From positions 1 through 50,143 of the IMG/VR virus record IMGVR_UViG_3300031953_000025: a stretch of 50,143 nt of DNA; one strand, given 5' to 3'. Below, in pieces: positions 1 to 7,925 of this stretch. A model generated the notes under the pieces. The model did no database searches and was not told the origin of the DNA. It was given only the letters and a program-made list of their open reading frames with translations. Numbering within the stretch: the stretch's first letter is position 1; each line of letters opens with the position of its first letter. A program made the translations under genes and the position numbers. This DNA comes from a virus (Duplodnaviria > Caudoviricetes).

Positions 1-42
1 GCCGAGTGTTCCGATTAGAAATGTAGGTCCCCCGAGCACGAC

Positions 43-90
43 AAAAATCCCCGCCACCCAATCCGTGAGGATCGAGCGGCGGGGAGATTT
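43..90 (-). terminator. Intrinsic terminator downstream of acyltransferase (possibly bidirectional)
   Basis: Stem CCCCGCC(49-55)/GGCGGGG(78-84); A5 on the left gives a U-tract on the minus strand, TTT on the right. Confidence 0.6.
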
Positions 91-192
91 GTGTCTAGCA
101 GGGGTAGTTCAGATGCAACAGTCTGGGCGAGATAGTGGCGAGGTCTGCTCGGCCCTTTAGCCGATCCCATTGAGCCGATCGCGAGGCTCTCC

Positions 193-1362
193 CTACGTGT
201 CGAGCTGAACACGATCTTGGGACTTGTCGGCGCCAAGTTTGACCCGCCGCCATGTGCCGATGAATGGACGTTCGCAGAACCAGTAGAAGCCATAGGTTGC
301 CGCGGCCGTTAGGGGCGCGATGAGAGCAACCATGACGACTACGCGGACGGCAGGGTTACTGAGCGAACTGATAGCGAACAGTTGCCAGAATACTTGCAGG
401 ATCGGCGCGTGCATGAGGTAGATGCTGTAGGAAAAGCCGCCGACGAACACGAGCCACCTTGCCGAGAGCATCCGCTTGAGTGGGTTCATTCGCCCCAGGT
501 GCAGGGACAGCAGAAGGAGAGAAATAGACACCCCGGCTAACAAATCGACAAACTTCGCGTGGGCGACGAACCATTCCCACTGTTTGATGGAGAGGATGAG
601 AGCCACGGCCAGAAGCCCTAAAAGCCCGATCGACCCGAAGGGAATCCGCCGACCCCATGCCGGGGCATAATGTCCGATTGCACACGCACCGACTCCGAGG
701 GCGAACAAGGTGTAGTACACGGGCCAAAGCCCATTGATACCGTCAACGTACCTAGCCAGCCCTACGCCTGCCAATCCGACGAGCGAGCCAAAAGCCAGTG
801 CGGCGTAGAGGTTCCAGCGGCGCCATATCCATAACATCACCGGAAACATCAAGTAGATGTGCCATTCGACGGCCACCGACCAAAAAACGTAGCTGACGCC
901 CGGCACCCGCCAGATATCTTGAATCAGAAGGACATTCGCTAATACGCTCTGCCAGCTCAATGGAAGTGACAGGTCCCAATGGGTGCCAGTTTTCTCGCCG
1001 ATGTACGTTAGCGACAATGCTGCGGTGAGCGCTATCGCCAGCAAGTATGGCGGGATAATTCGCCACGCCCGTCTGGCCATAAATCCTTTGAATCCTCCCT
1101 TCAGCACTCCCTCGCGGGGCGCTACCGCGATAGTGAGGGAGAAGCCCGCGAGGACGATGAACACTGTCACGCCCAAGTGGCCCCAGAGCAGCCATCCGGT
1201 GAAAGTCCCCAAGGGGCCACTTGGCTGGCTGCCGTACTCGATCGGGAATACCATCATGTATGAATGATGTGCAAGCACGTAGAGCGCCGCCAATGCCCGC
1301 AGCCCGTCAACGTAATGTACTCGGGCGCGCTTCTGGACTGGCACTCTCTGAGATTCCCCCAT
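193..1362 (-). CDS. Acyltransferase-3 (OafA/YrhL-like) membrane O-acyltransferase
   Basis: DGLRALAALYVLAHH, GVTVFIVLAGF, RRAWRIIPPY, WSVAVEWHIY, SYSIYLMH, ERPF motifs; about 10 TM segments. Confidence 0.92.
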   Translation of the reverse strand: MGESQRVPVQKRARVHYVDGLRALAALYVLAHHSYMMVFPIEYGSQPSGPLGTFTGWLLWGHLGVTVFIVLAGFSLTIAVAPREGVLKGGFKGFMARRAWRIIPPYLLAIALTAALSLTYIGEKTGTHWDLSLPLSWQSVLANVLLIQDIWRVPGVSYVFWSVAVEWHIYLMFPVMLWIWRRWNLYAALAFGSLVGLAGVGLARYVDGINGLWPVYYTLFALGVGACAIGHYAPAWGRRIPFGSIGLLGLLAVALILSIKQWEWFVAHAKFVDLLAGVSISLLLLSLHLGRMNPLKRMLSARWLVFVGGFSYSIYLMHAPILQVFWQLFAISSLSNPAVRVVVMVALIAPLTAAATYGFYWFCERPFIGTWRRVKLGADKSQDRVQLDT

Positions 1363-1469
1363 GCCCGTAAGCGTATCCGTGTTCCCTCGCCATCAATTCG
1401 AAGGCATTGATTCCGACGCTTCTCCCACACTGTCGAATTGGGCGGGTCTCGGTCGGCCATACTGTCACA

Positions 1470-2951
1470 GTGGGGAATCTGAAACTATTTGCACTGAGTG
1501 CGCCAGTCATTATTGTGGCGACGCTCGTTGTTGTCCTGGCTCCTTCTACCATCGCTGTCGTGCTGGGCGGTGTTCTCCTTCTCTTCATATCCTTGCGCTG
1601 GTCCGCAGTTACGTCCCCGCTCCTAGTGGTTCTGGCCATTCCCTTCATGAGGCCGAGCATTCTCGGTGAAGACCTATCCGTCATTGCGACGCTCCTCGTC
1701 GCCCTGGCTGCTTTCCTGGCGATTGTCCACGATCGTGGGCATCTGAAGCTCTTCAGCAAGAACCTCGCGCCTCTTCGCCGGATCACGTTCTGGATAGGCC
1801 TTGCTTACGTTTGGCTACTTGTCCGCGCTGCGCTATTTGAGCCCCAGGCAAACATTGGCAACATTATTCAAAGCGCAGCTCTGATGCTCGGAACGCTCGT
1901 GCTCGCATCGATCGTGCTCGCAGATGCGAACCGCGCCAAGCTTGTCGGGCGGCTTTTTATCATCTTGATCGCCGCATTGTCCGTCTCTTACCTGGTCACG
2001 CTTGCGGTGTGGGCAGTGGGCGGCGTTGGGTCCGGCCAAGTTGCGCTAATCCCAGTCGGATCATGGCCTGGTGTTCACCCCGTGTACTTCCCTTTCTCTT
2101 CGACCCTGAGCCAAAGCAATATTGGCGGGCTGGTGATTCCGAGGTTTGTCGGTATTGGGCGCGAGCCCGGATGGATGGCTCTCTACGGAGCCGTCGCATT
2201 CTTCTTGGCCCCGGCGGTCGGGTGGAGGAGCAAGCCGCTACGGGCCGCGCTTCTCGTTTCTGTAGTCGCGCCCCTCTCGACAGCGGGCTTCGGATCATTT
2301 GCCGTCGCTGCGGTAGTGGCATGGGTGGTGGCCACCCGGGCGAAGTCGCTTTTAGGTAGGCACATCAAGTTTCTTTTTTCAGGAGCACTGCTTGCGGTCT
2401 CCGTATGGTTGGCGATAGCCGCGCCAGTACTCGGCCTGTCAGCAAAAGCCACGCTCAACGAGCTGTCACTTGATGAACGAACTCGCGCGACCATCGAGGG
2501 ACTAAACGCTTTGCTGTCCTCACCGTTTTCCGGGGGCATGGAAAGCGGGAATATCGGTGCAGTGAATCTCATCGCGTCGATCGGAGCCTACGGCCTGCCA
2601 TTCGCCGTTGCGATCGCCTTGGCGATCCTTAGCCCGCTCACTGGCCGGTGGAAGGTGCTCGCGCCCACTGCGACAGTGATTTTCATCACCTTGCTGGTTT
2701 CTCAGCCAGCGCTTGATTCAACCGCGGTTTTCCTGCTCGTCGCGATCGCCGTGTCCCAGCACGGGACCACCGAAGAAGATGGCGCCCCCGACTCAACACC
2801 TCAGTTCTTGTCCGCCAAATCAATGGGGGGACGTGGCGCCGCAGCCGCCGTATCAGCAGCTGCGACACGCATCCGACTAGACCTTGCGAAGAATCGCCCG
2901 GTCGAACTTGACCGTGCATCCATGCCAGGCGTACACAAATCACTGGATTAG
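1470..2951 (+). CDS. Polytopic membrane protein, Wzy polymerase/O-antigen ligase-like
   Basis: 10-12 hydrophobic segments, RFVGIGREPG loop, LSTAG and SLDERT motifs typical of Wzy/WaaL-like proteins; GTG 1470 preceded by CATACT-N6 (ORF track start 1407). Confidence 0.6.
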   Translation: MGNLKLFALSAPVIIVATLVVVLAPSTIAVVLGGVLLLFISLRWSAVTSPLLVVLAIPFMRPSILGEDLSVIATLLVALAAFLAIVHDRGHLKLFSKNLAPLRRITFWIGLAYVWLLVRAALFEPQANIGNIIQSAALMLGTLVLASIVLADANRAKLVGRLFIILIAALSVSYLVTLAVWAVGGVGSGQVALIPVGSWPGVHPVYFPFSSTLSQSNIGGLVIPRFVGIGREPGWMALYGAVAFFLAPAVGWRSKPLRAALLVSVVAPLSTAGFGSFAVAAVVAWVVATRAKSLLGRHIKFLFSGALLAVSVWLAIAAPVLGLSAKATLNELSLDERTRATIEGLNALLSSPFSGGMESGNIGAVNLIASIGAYGLPFAVAIALAILSPLTGRWKVLAPTATVIFITLLVSQPALDSTAVFLLVAIAVSQHGTTEEDGAPDSTPQFLSAKSMGGRGAAAAVSAAATRIRLDLAKNRPVELDRASMPGVHKSLD

Positions 2952-4157
2952 CGTGGTGCCCGCCGGGATGAGCAGCGGCGGCGTGCGGAACACACCCGAC
3001 CGCGAAGTGATCGGGGGGACTTCGGTGGTCGAGGTCATCCACAGGTCGTAGCGCATGTTTGGGCCGATGAATGCGCTGTTGACGTAAGCCTGAATGCCTG
3101 ACGTGAATGCTTTACCCGTCCCGCTTATGGTCGGGTCCACGTTTGACAGATCGTATTCGAGAACCATTTCCACAGTGTCACCGACTGCCATGTCAGCGCT
3201 GATCGGCACGTTGACGGTATAGGTGCACTTATCACCGTCTGGTATCACGGCTTGCTGCATGGTGCCGAGGATGTTGTCAGCACGGGCTACGCGCGTGTTC
3301 GTTGGGGCAACGGAATACTGCGCTTGCTGCCACCCCCCACCGGGCGAACCGTTTCCAAGGAAGAATCGACCGGCATTGCCCAGCAGGTTTACAGTTCCGA
3401 ACTTTGACGTAGCCAGTCGGTTGTTTTCGGGCACGGTCGCTGCGATGACGCGCGCAAACTCCCGACCTGCGGCAAACCCGCCGTTGTTAACCAGGTGGGT
3501 TCCGTCTGCCGACCAGCCTGTCGGGTAGATTCCCGTGGTTGGATCGGTGAGAACGGCCTCGTAGTCCACCAGCGTCACGTTGGAATACAGGTACGGCATT
3601 TGGCGTATGTGGTCATTGGCTGCGGCTTGCAGGGCGCGCTGAGTGGTCGTGCCCCCGTCCTTCGGGGGGATGGTCCCAATGAATACGCGGATTCCAGCAG
3701 CCAGCAGCGCTTCGACAATCGCGTCGAGGTTGGCGGTCGTCGTCGCCGTGGCTATGTCATTCCACACGTCATTCGTTCCCGCGAGGACGTGGCAGTATCC
3801 GGGATTCTTGGCAACAACATTAGTAACGCGGGCGAGCACTTGATAGGTCTTGTCGCCGCCCACGCCGTCGTTGCCGAGAATGTCGAGCCGCTGCCCGGAG
3901 AGATTCAGCCCCCACGGCCAGGGGGACGTGCGGTTCCGGTTGAGGTTGCCGGGCAGTATCCCGCCCTGCTCCGTGATCGAGTCTCCCAGTACGCAGAGCG
4001 TCGGGATCGCCTTCGGTGCAAACGTGGCAGGGAGCCCGGTTTCGAGCGTGGCGAGGTCGGTGGCCACGGACGCGATGTCAGTGGCGTGCTGCGCGATCGA
4101 CACATCGATGGCGGCGTGCGTGGCGAGGTGGCCAGATTGGCCTTCGGAATATGTCAT
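2940..4157 (-). CDS. SGNH/GDSL esterase with C-terminal beta-sandwich, probably virion-associated; TGA at 2940-2942 may be premature
   Basis: Blocks GDSIT, GVGGD, AGTND, DGTH; SD CAGGAG; last gene of the late operon. Confidence 0.85.
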   Translation of the reverse strand: MTYSEGQSGHLATHAAIDVSIAQHATDIASVATDLATLETGLPATFAPKAIPTLCVLGDSITEQGGILPGNLNRNRTSPWPWGLNLSGQRLDILGNDGVGGDKTYQVLARVTNVVAKNPGYCHVLAGTNDVWNDIATATTTANLDAIVEALLAAGIRVFIGTIPPKDGGTTTQRALQAAANDHIRQMPYLYSNVTLVDYEAVLTDPTTGIYPTGWSADGTHLVNNGGFAAGREFARVIAATVPENNRLATSKFGTVNLLGNAGRFFLGNGSPGGGWQQAQYSVAPTNTRVARADNILGTMQQAVIPDGDKCTYTVNVPISADMAVGDTVEMVLEYDLSNVDPTISGTGKAFTSGIQAYVNSAFIGPNMRYDLWMTSTTEVPPITSRSGVFRTPPLLIPAGTTLIQ

Positions 4158-4179
4158 GTTGATCTCCTGAATCGGTCAG

Positions 4180-4476
4180 TTACGCAGCGAGCTTGATTTT
4201 GGTTAGCCACTCGTTGACGCCGGGAATCGCCATGACGCGGGCAAAAGCGCCGGCAAGAGCTCCGATGGTTGCGACCGCGGCCGTTGCCCATGCGAGCCAC
4301 TCAGGCGGCAGGACATCGGCGATCGCGGCGAGGAACTGCGGCGCCAGGATTGCAAGAGCGGCGACGATGCCAGCAGCACCGAGGATTGCGCCGGCGACGG
4401 TCTGCAGGATTGTGCGGAACGTGGCGGTCCATGGGCGAGTGACCTGCGTTGCCGGGGTAGGAATCGTGGTGGTCAT
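4180..4476 (-). CDS. Holin
   Basis: 98 aa, two TM helices, PWTATFRTILQT...RVMAIPGVNEWL pattern of actinobacteriophage holins. Confidence 0.75.
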   Translation of the reverse strand: MTTTIPTPATQVTRPWTATFRTILQTVAGAILGAAGIVAALAILAPQFLAAIADVLPPEWLAWATAAVATIGALAGAFARVMAIPGVNEWLTKIKLAA

Positions 4477-4479
4477 GGT

Positions 4480-4929
4480 CTATTTCTCCTTGGGGTGGGT
4501 GTCTTCGAGTTCGTGCCGGATCTGGTCTTCGTTATCGGCGGCCCGGATTCCTGCATGGTCGAGTCGAACAAAAATGGCGAGCATTCCGCGTTCAAGGCGG
4601 TCGACGGCGAGTTCGGTGCGGTCGCCGGAATCCTTGATCGAACTGCCGTCGTTCTTGTGCGTCTCGTGGTAGATGCCCGCAATCCTGCTGTCCTGAGTGG
4701 CGAGTGTTTTCGATTGGCTCGCGAGGGTTTCTGTGGTGCTCTCCATGAATTCGGTCAGCCCATGGATCGAATCGAGCGTCCTGGCAACGGCGAGGAAGCC
4801 GGTAGCAATTGCGCGCAGCGAGCGCCACCACTTCGGCCCCCAGCGAATGACGACGAATGCCCCGAGCAGCCACACAACAATCTCGAATAGCGTCACCCCC
4901 TGCATGAATTCTTCGATAGCTGGCGGCAT
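4480..4929 (-). CDS. Single-TM membrane protein of the lysis cassette
   Basis: N-terminal TM, coiled coil, HKNDGSSIKD motif resembling the NGGSSxKD of actinophage lysis-region proteins; ATG 4929 overlaps upstream TAA (TAATG). Confidence 0.7.
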   Translation of the reverse strand: MPPAIEEFMQGVTLFEIVVWLLGAFVVIRWGPKWWRSLRAIATGFLAVARTLDSIHGLTEFMESTTETLASQSKTLATQDSRIAGIYHETHKNDGSSIKDSGDRTELAVDRLERGMLAIFVRLDHAGIRAADNEDQIRHELEDTHPKEK

Positions 4930-5003
4930 TACTCCGGGCGGCATGTGCACGAATCGCAGCTCGGGCCGCACTGGCAGGAATTTGGATCGTGGCGGCAACT
5001 CAT
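4929..5003 (-). CDS. 24-aa Cys-rich micro-protein MSCRHDPNSCQCGPSCDSCTCRPE
   Basis: SD AAAGGGG 4 nt before ATG; stop overlaps next start (TAATG); not in ORF track. Confidence 0.6.
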   Translation of the reverse strand: MSCRHDPNSCQCGPSCDSCTCRPE

Positions 5004-5057
5004 AGTTCCCCTTTCAGGGGTGTACTCATAGTGTGTGGAGAGCGGTAAGGTGCGCTC

Positions 5058-5300
5058 ATGGGGAAAATCAGGAAGTCGCACTGGGGAATCATTGGATTCG
5101 CCGCGGTCCTAGCTCTCGGCGGCGGCGCGGCCGCAGTCTCAGCCCCCACAGCATCCGACTGGAAAACGGCCGGTGGGCCATGCGCCCACGAGGACAGCAA
5201 CGGTTGCTACTGGGATGCCGCTGAGCGCTCCAACGGGATTGGGCGTAGCTTCACCGCCTCCGACGCTGGGATTGTTACCTACTGGGACGGCAAGCCGTAA
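5058..5300 (+). CDS. Small secreted/membrane protein (moron)
   Basis: Signal-peptide-like N-terminus, PCxxEDSxxCYWDA motif; TAAGGT-N6-ATG leaderless promoter; antisense to the late operon. Confidence 0.7.
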   Translation: MGKIRKSHWGIIGFAAVLALGGGAAAVSAPTASDWKTAGGPCAHEDSNGCYWDAAERSNGIGRSFTASDAGIVTYWDGKP

Positions 5301-5893
5301 CCCTCAGGGCGACCAATGAACTGGACGACAAGCGTGCCTATCGACCGATCGCCACTCGTGTATCCACCGCTGGCAGCCCATGCGAACGCACGGTACTCGT
5401 GAGTGAAAACATGGGTCCCAGCTGGCACCGTTACGATTCGTTCGCAGAGGTACGGGAATTCAGATTCAAGAAGCGCACCGGCGCTCCCTGATATGCCGCC
5501 TGAATTCACCAGCCCGATCGCAGCCCCATCTAGCGCAACCCTGCCGTAGTAGTACGAGCCAGACCCTGCGCTAGTCCCACCCATAGGGGAAACGAACACC
5601 TGTGCCGCATACGACACGCGCGCGACGAGGTCCTCTGTCGTCGTCACGGTAATCGCCGCACCGGACTCAACGAACGGCACAAAGGGGCTTTCCTCCCATT
5701 CGACGGCCTCATCTGACGCGGTCAGGGTTTTCAAGGAAGCCAGATACGCGACCTGCAGTTGCACCTGGTTCGCAGTGTTGCCAATGTTCGTACCGCTGGG
5801 GCGTTGCAAGTCGCGGAGCTGCGTGCGGATGTCCTTGAGCTCACGGACGAGCGGTTCTAGTCCGTCGCCGTCTGGAGTGGGGTACTTAGACAT
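5279..5893 (-). CDS. Minor tail protein
   Basis: N-terminal short coiled coil, beta-rich C-terminus; TAATG coupling with upstream tail gene. Confidence 0.65.
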   Translation of the reverse strand: MSKYPTPDGDGLEPLVRELKDIRTQLRDLQRPSGTNIGNTANQVQLQVAYLASLKTLTASDEAVEWEESPFVPFVESGAAITVTTTEDLVARVSYAAQVFVSPMGGTSAGSGSYYYGRVALDGAAIGLVNSGGISGSAGALLESEFPYLCERIVTVPAGTHVFTHEYRAFAWAASGGYTSGDRSIGTLVVQFIGRPEGYGLPSQ

Positions 5894-7212
5894 TAGTCCG
5901 CCAATCGTGGTGCGCATTGAATTTGAATGTCGATACCTTTTTCGTCGCCGGAGATGCCAATAATTCGCTGGCGGAATGTGCCGCCATTAGGCATGTACGG
6001 GTCGCCGCCGCCCGTGCCCTTGATGATCGGGTCGGGTGTGGAGATGATCTGACCGAATAGGTCATGGAAGGTATCGGTGAAGTAGTCGGTGACAACCTGG
6101 ATGAATCCACCCGTGCCCGTGTCTTTGTCGACCGGGGCGAAGATTAGATCGACGTAGTCGCCAACGGCGTACTGTCCGACGAAGGGCCCCGCAGGCTTGT
6201 CGTACTGGTCGTAGGGGCGAGCTTTCGCTGTAAATGACCACACTTCCACCGAGCGCTTCCCAGAGGCTGTGTCGGCGTTTGCGTAGTCGTCAAGGGTGGA
6301 CTGGATCTCGACGCTCGAGTGCGACGTGTCAGTGAGCTCCATGAGCGGATACCCGGAGTCAAGGAGAGACGAATCGTAGGACCGTGCCACCAGAACGGTG
6401 TCCGCCTTGCGACCTCCGGTCTGCCAGGCGAGAGATCCGAGATTGGTGGCGTCATCCTTGATGCTGAGATTCGAGATCGGCGACTCTGGAGCCGTGACAT
6501 TCCACGCCAGAACCGCAGTCGATGTGACCTGCGGTTCTGCGACTGTGCCAACCTGCAGCAGCCATTCGACGCCGAGCCGATCCTCAGTGAAGCGCGGCAT
6601 GAAGTTGATCTCTGGCCCGTTCTCCAACTCGGACAGCTGCGTGAGCGCCTCACCAATCGACTTGAAATCGACGCCGAGGTACGTGTGGGTTGCGTCGGCG
6701 ATCTCGTCGGCTTGAAACACGATCGGCAGGTTTCCACCGGTCCATGTCTGCGCCTGCTGCACGAGCCTCTTGGCCCTAGTCCCAACGGATACGCCGCTAA
6801 TCGTGGTAGTCAACGCTGGGTTCGGAATAGTCTTCGTGGCATCGTCCGGGTCAGGTACAGTCCACTGATCGACACCGATCGTCTGAGCTAAGAGCGGGAG
6901 AATGATGCGGTGATCGAAGTACGACAGCATTCCCTTCGCGGCCAGCGCGAGCTTCTTGCTGTCGCGGTCGTAGTTGCGTACCCAGATTGGACCGCCCGCC
7001 ATGATCACGCCGTCCTCCACAATGCACAGCGCAGATTGTGCGGGAGTGGCCGAGTTCCGCAGGTTCAGCGCCTGCACGTCTGGGTCGTTCATGTCGACGG
7101 AAATGCCTACTGACTCCGCAGCACCTAGCCGGTCGTCCCATGGCCCGGTGAGCACGGGCACGTTCAGGATGCGCCGGCCAGTTCGGAGGTTGGCGAGGAT
7201 GTACTCGGTCAT
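5893..7212 (-). CDS. Minor tail protein (Tal/baseplate hub-like)
   Basis: GGPIWVR, LTQLSELENGPEINF, GYPLME, YAVGD patterns of actinophage minor tails; synteny. Confidence 0.8.
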   Translation of the reverse strand: MTEYILANLRTGRRILNVPVLTGPWDDRLGAAESVGISVDMNDPDVQALNLRNSATPAQSALCIVEDGVIMAGGPIWVRNYDRDSKKLALAAKGMLSYFDHRIILPLLAQTIGVDQWTVPDPDDATKTIPNPALTTTISGVSVGTRAKRLVQQAQTWTGGNLPIVFQADEIADATHTYLGVDFKSIGEALTQLSELENGPEINFMPRFTEDRLGVEWLLQVGTVAEPQVTSTAVLAWNVTAPESPISNLSIKDDATNLGSLAWQTGGRKADTVLVARSYDSSLLDSGYPLMELTDTSHSSVEIQSTLDDYANADTASGKRSVEVWSFTAKARPYDQYDKPAGPFVGQYAVGDYVDLIFAPVDKDTGTGGFIQVVTDYFTDTFHDLFGQIISTPDPIIKGTGGGDPYMPNGGTFRQRIIGISGDEKGIDIQIQCAPRLAD

Positions 7213-7223
7213 GATGGCTCCGG

Positions 7224-7925
7224 TTACTTGGCGAGGGACTTGAGCACACCACCTGGGAGCACTGTCCCATCCGCGAGAGTGACCGAAGTGGTTTTGAATG
7301 CTACGTCATACTGAATCTCCGCCTGTCGTTCCAGCCCAGCGAGTGTGCGTAGGACGCCCGCCGACGTACCGCGGCTCGTCGGTGTTTCAAGAAAGAGCGC
7401 ATCGAATACAGCGCGGGTTTTGGTAAGCAGTTCTGCCTGCTCATCGTCGGATAATGCCATGAGGAAACCTTCTTCAATCTTGGTCGTGCTGGATGATGCG
7501 GAGACCGCTCCGCCAATCAGCGGATTCGGGTCGATGATTGATCCGTTGTGGCGGACCTCGAAATGCAAGTGCGGGCCGGACGCATTGCCCGTGTTCCCCA
7601 TGAGGCCGATCTGCTGATGCACCACGACAAAATCGCCAACCGCAACCCACGGAACCGTAGTCGGCAGGTGTGCGTACAGTGTCTGATAGCCGTCGCCATG
7701 GTCGATGATGATGTAGTTGCCATAACCACCAGACCGGTTATTAGCCGCACGGCTACTAGACCAGTGCACGACCGACACCCGCCCGGATGCTGCGGCGTAT
7801 ACCTGCCAGCCCGAGCCCCAGCCGTAGTCATTGCCGAGGTGCTGGATGGATGAGACACCGGGGACGGCCTTGTCGCCGTAGCGCCGACCCGGCTCCTTAT
7901 TCGCCGGCCGAAGGAGGGTGATCAT
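7224..7925 (-). CDS. Endolysin, M23 peptidase
   Basis: HLGND, GGYGNY, YAHL, GNTGNASGPHLHFEV, DP motifs. Confidence 0.9.
   Translation of the reverse strand: MITLLRPANKEPGRRYGDKAVPGVSSIQHLGNDYGWGSGWQVYAAASGRVSVVHWSSSRAANNRSGGYGNYIIIDHGDGYQTLYAHLPTTVPWVAVGDFVVVHQQIGLMGNTGNASGPHLHFEVRHNGSIIDPNPLIGGAVSASSSTTKIEEGFLMALSDDEQAELLTKTRAVFDALFLETPTSRGTSAGVLRTLAGLERQAEIQYDVAFKTTSVTLADGTVLPGGVLKSLAK

Noticed and set aside
1-18. Possible 3-prime end of the lipoprotein from the window end (circular join)
   Set aside because: Direct joining gives only a 44-aa product and no terminal repeat is visible; cannot be supported
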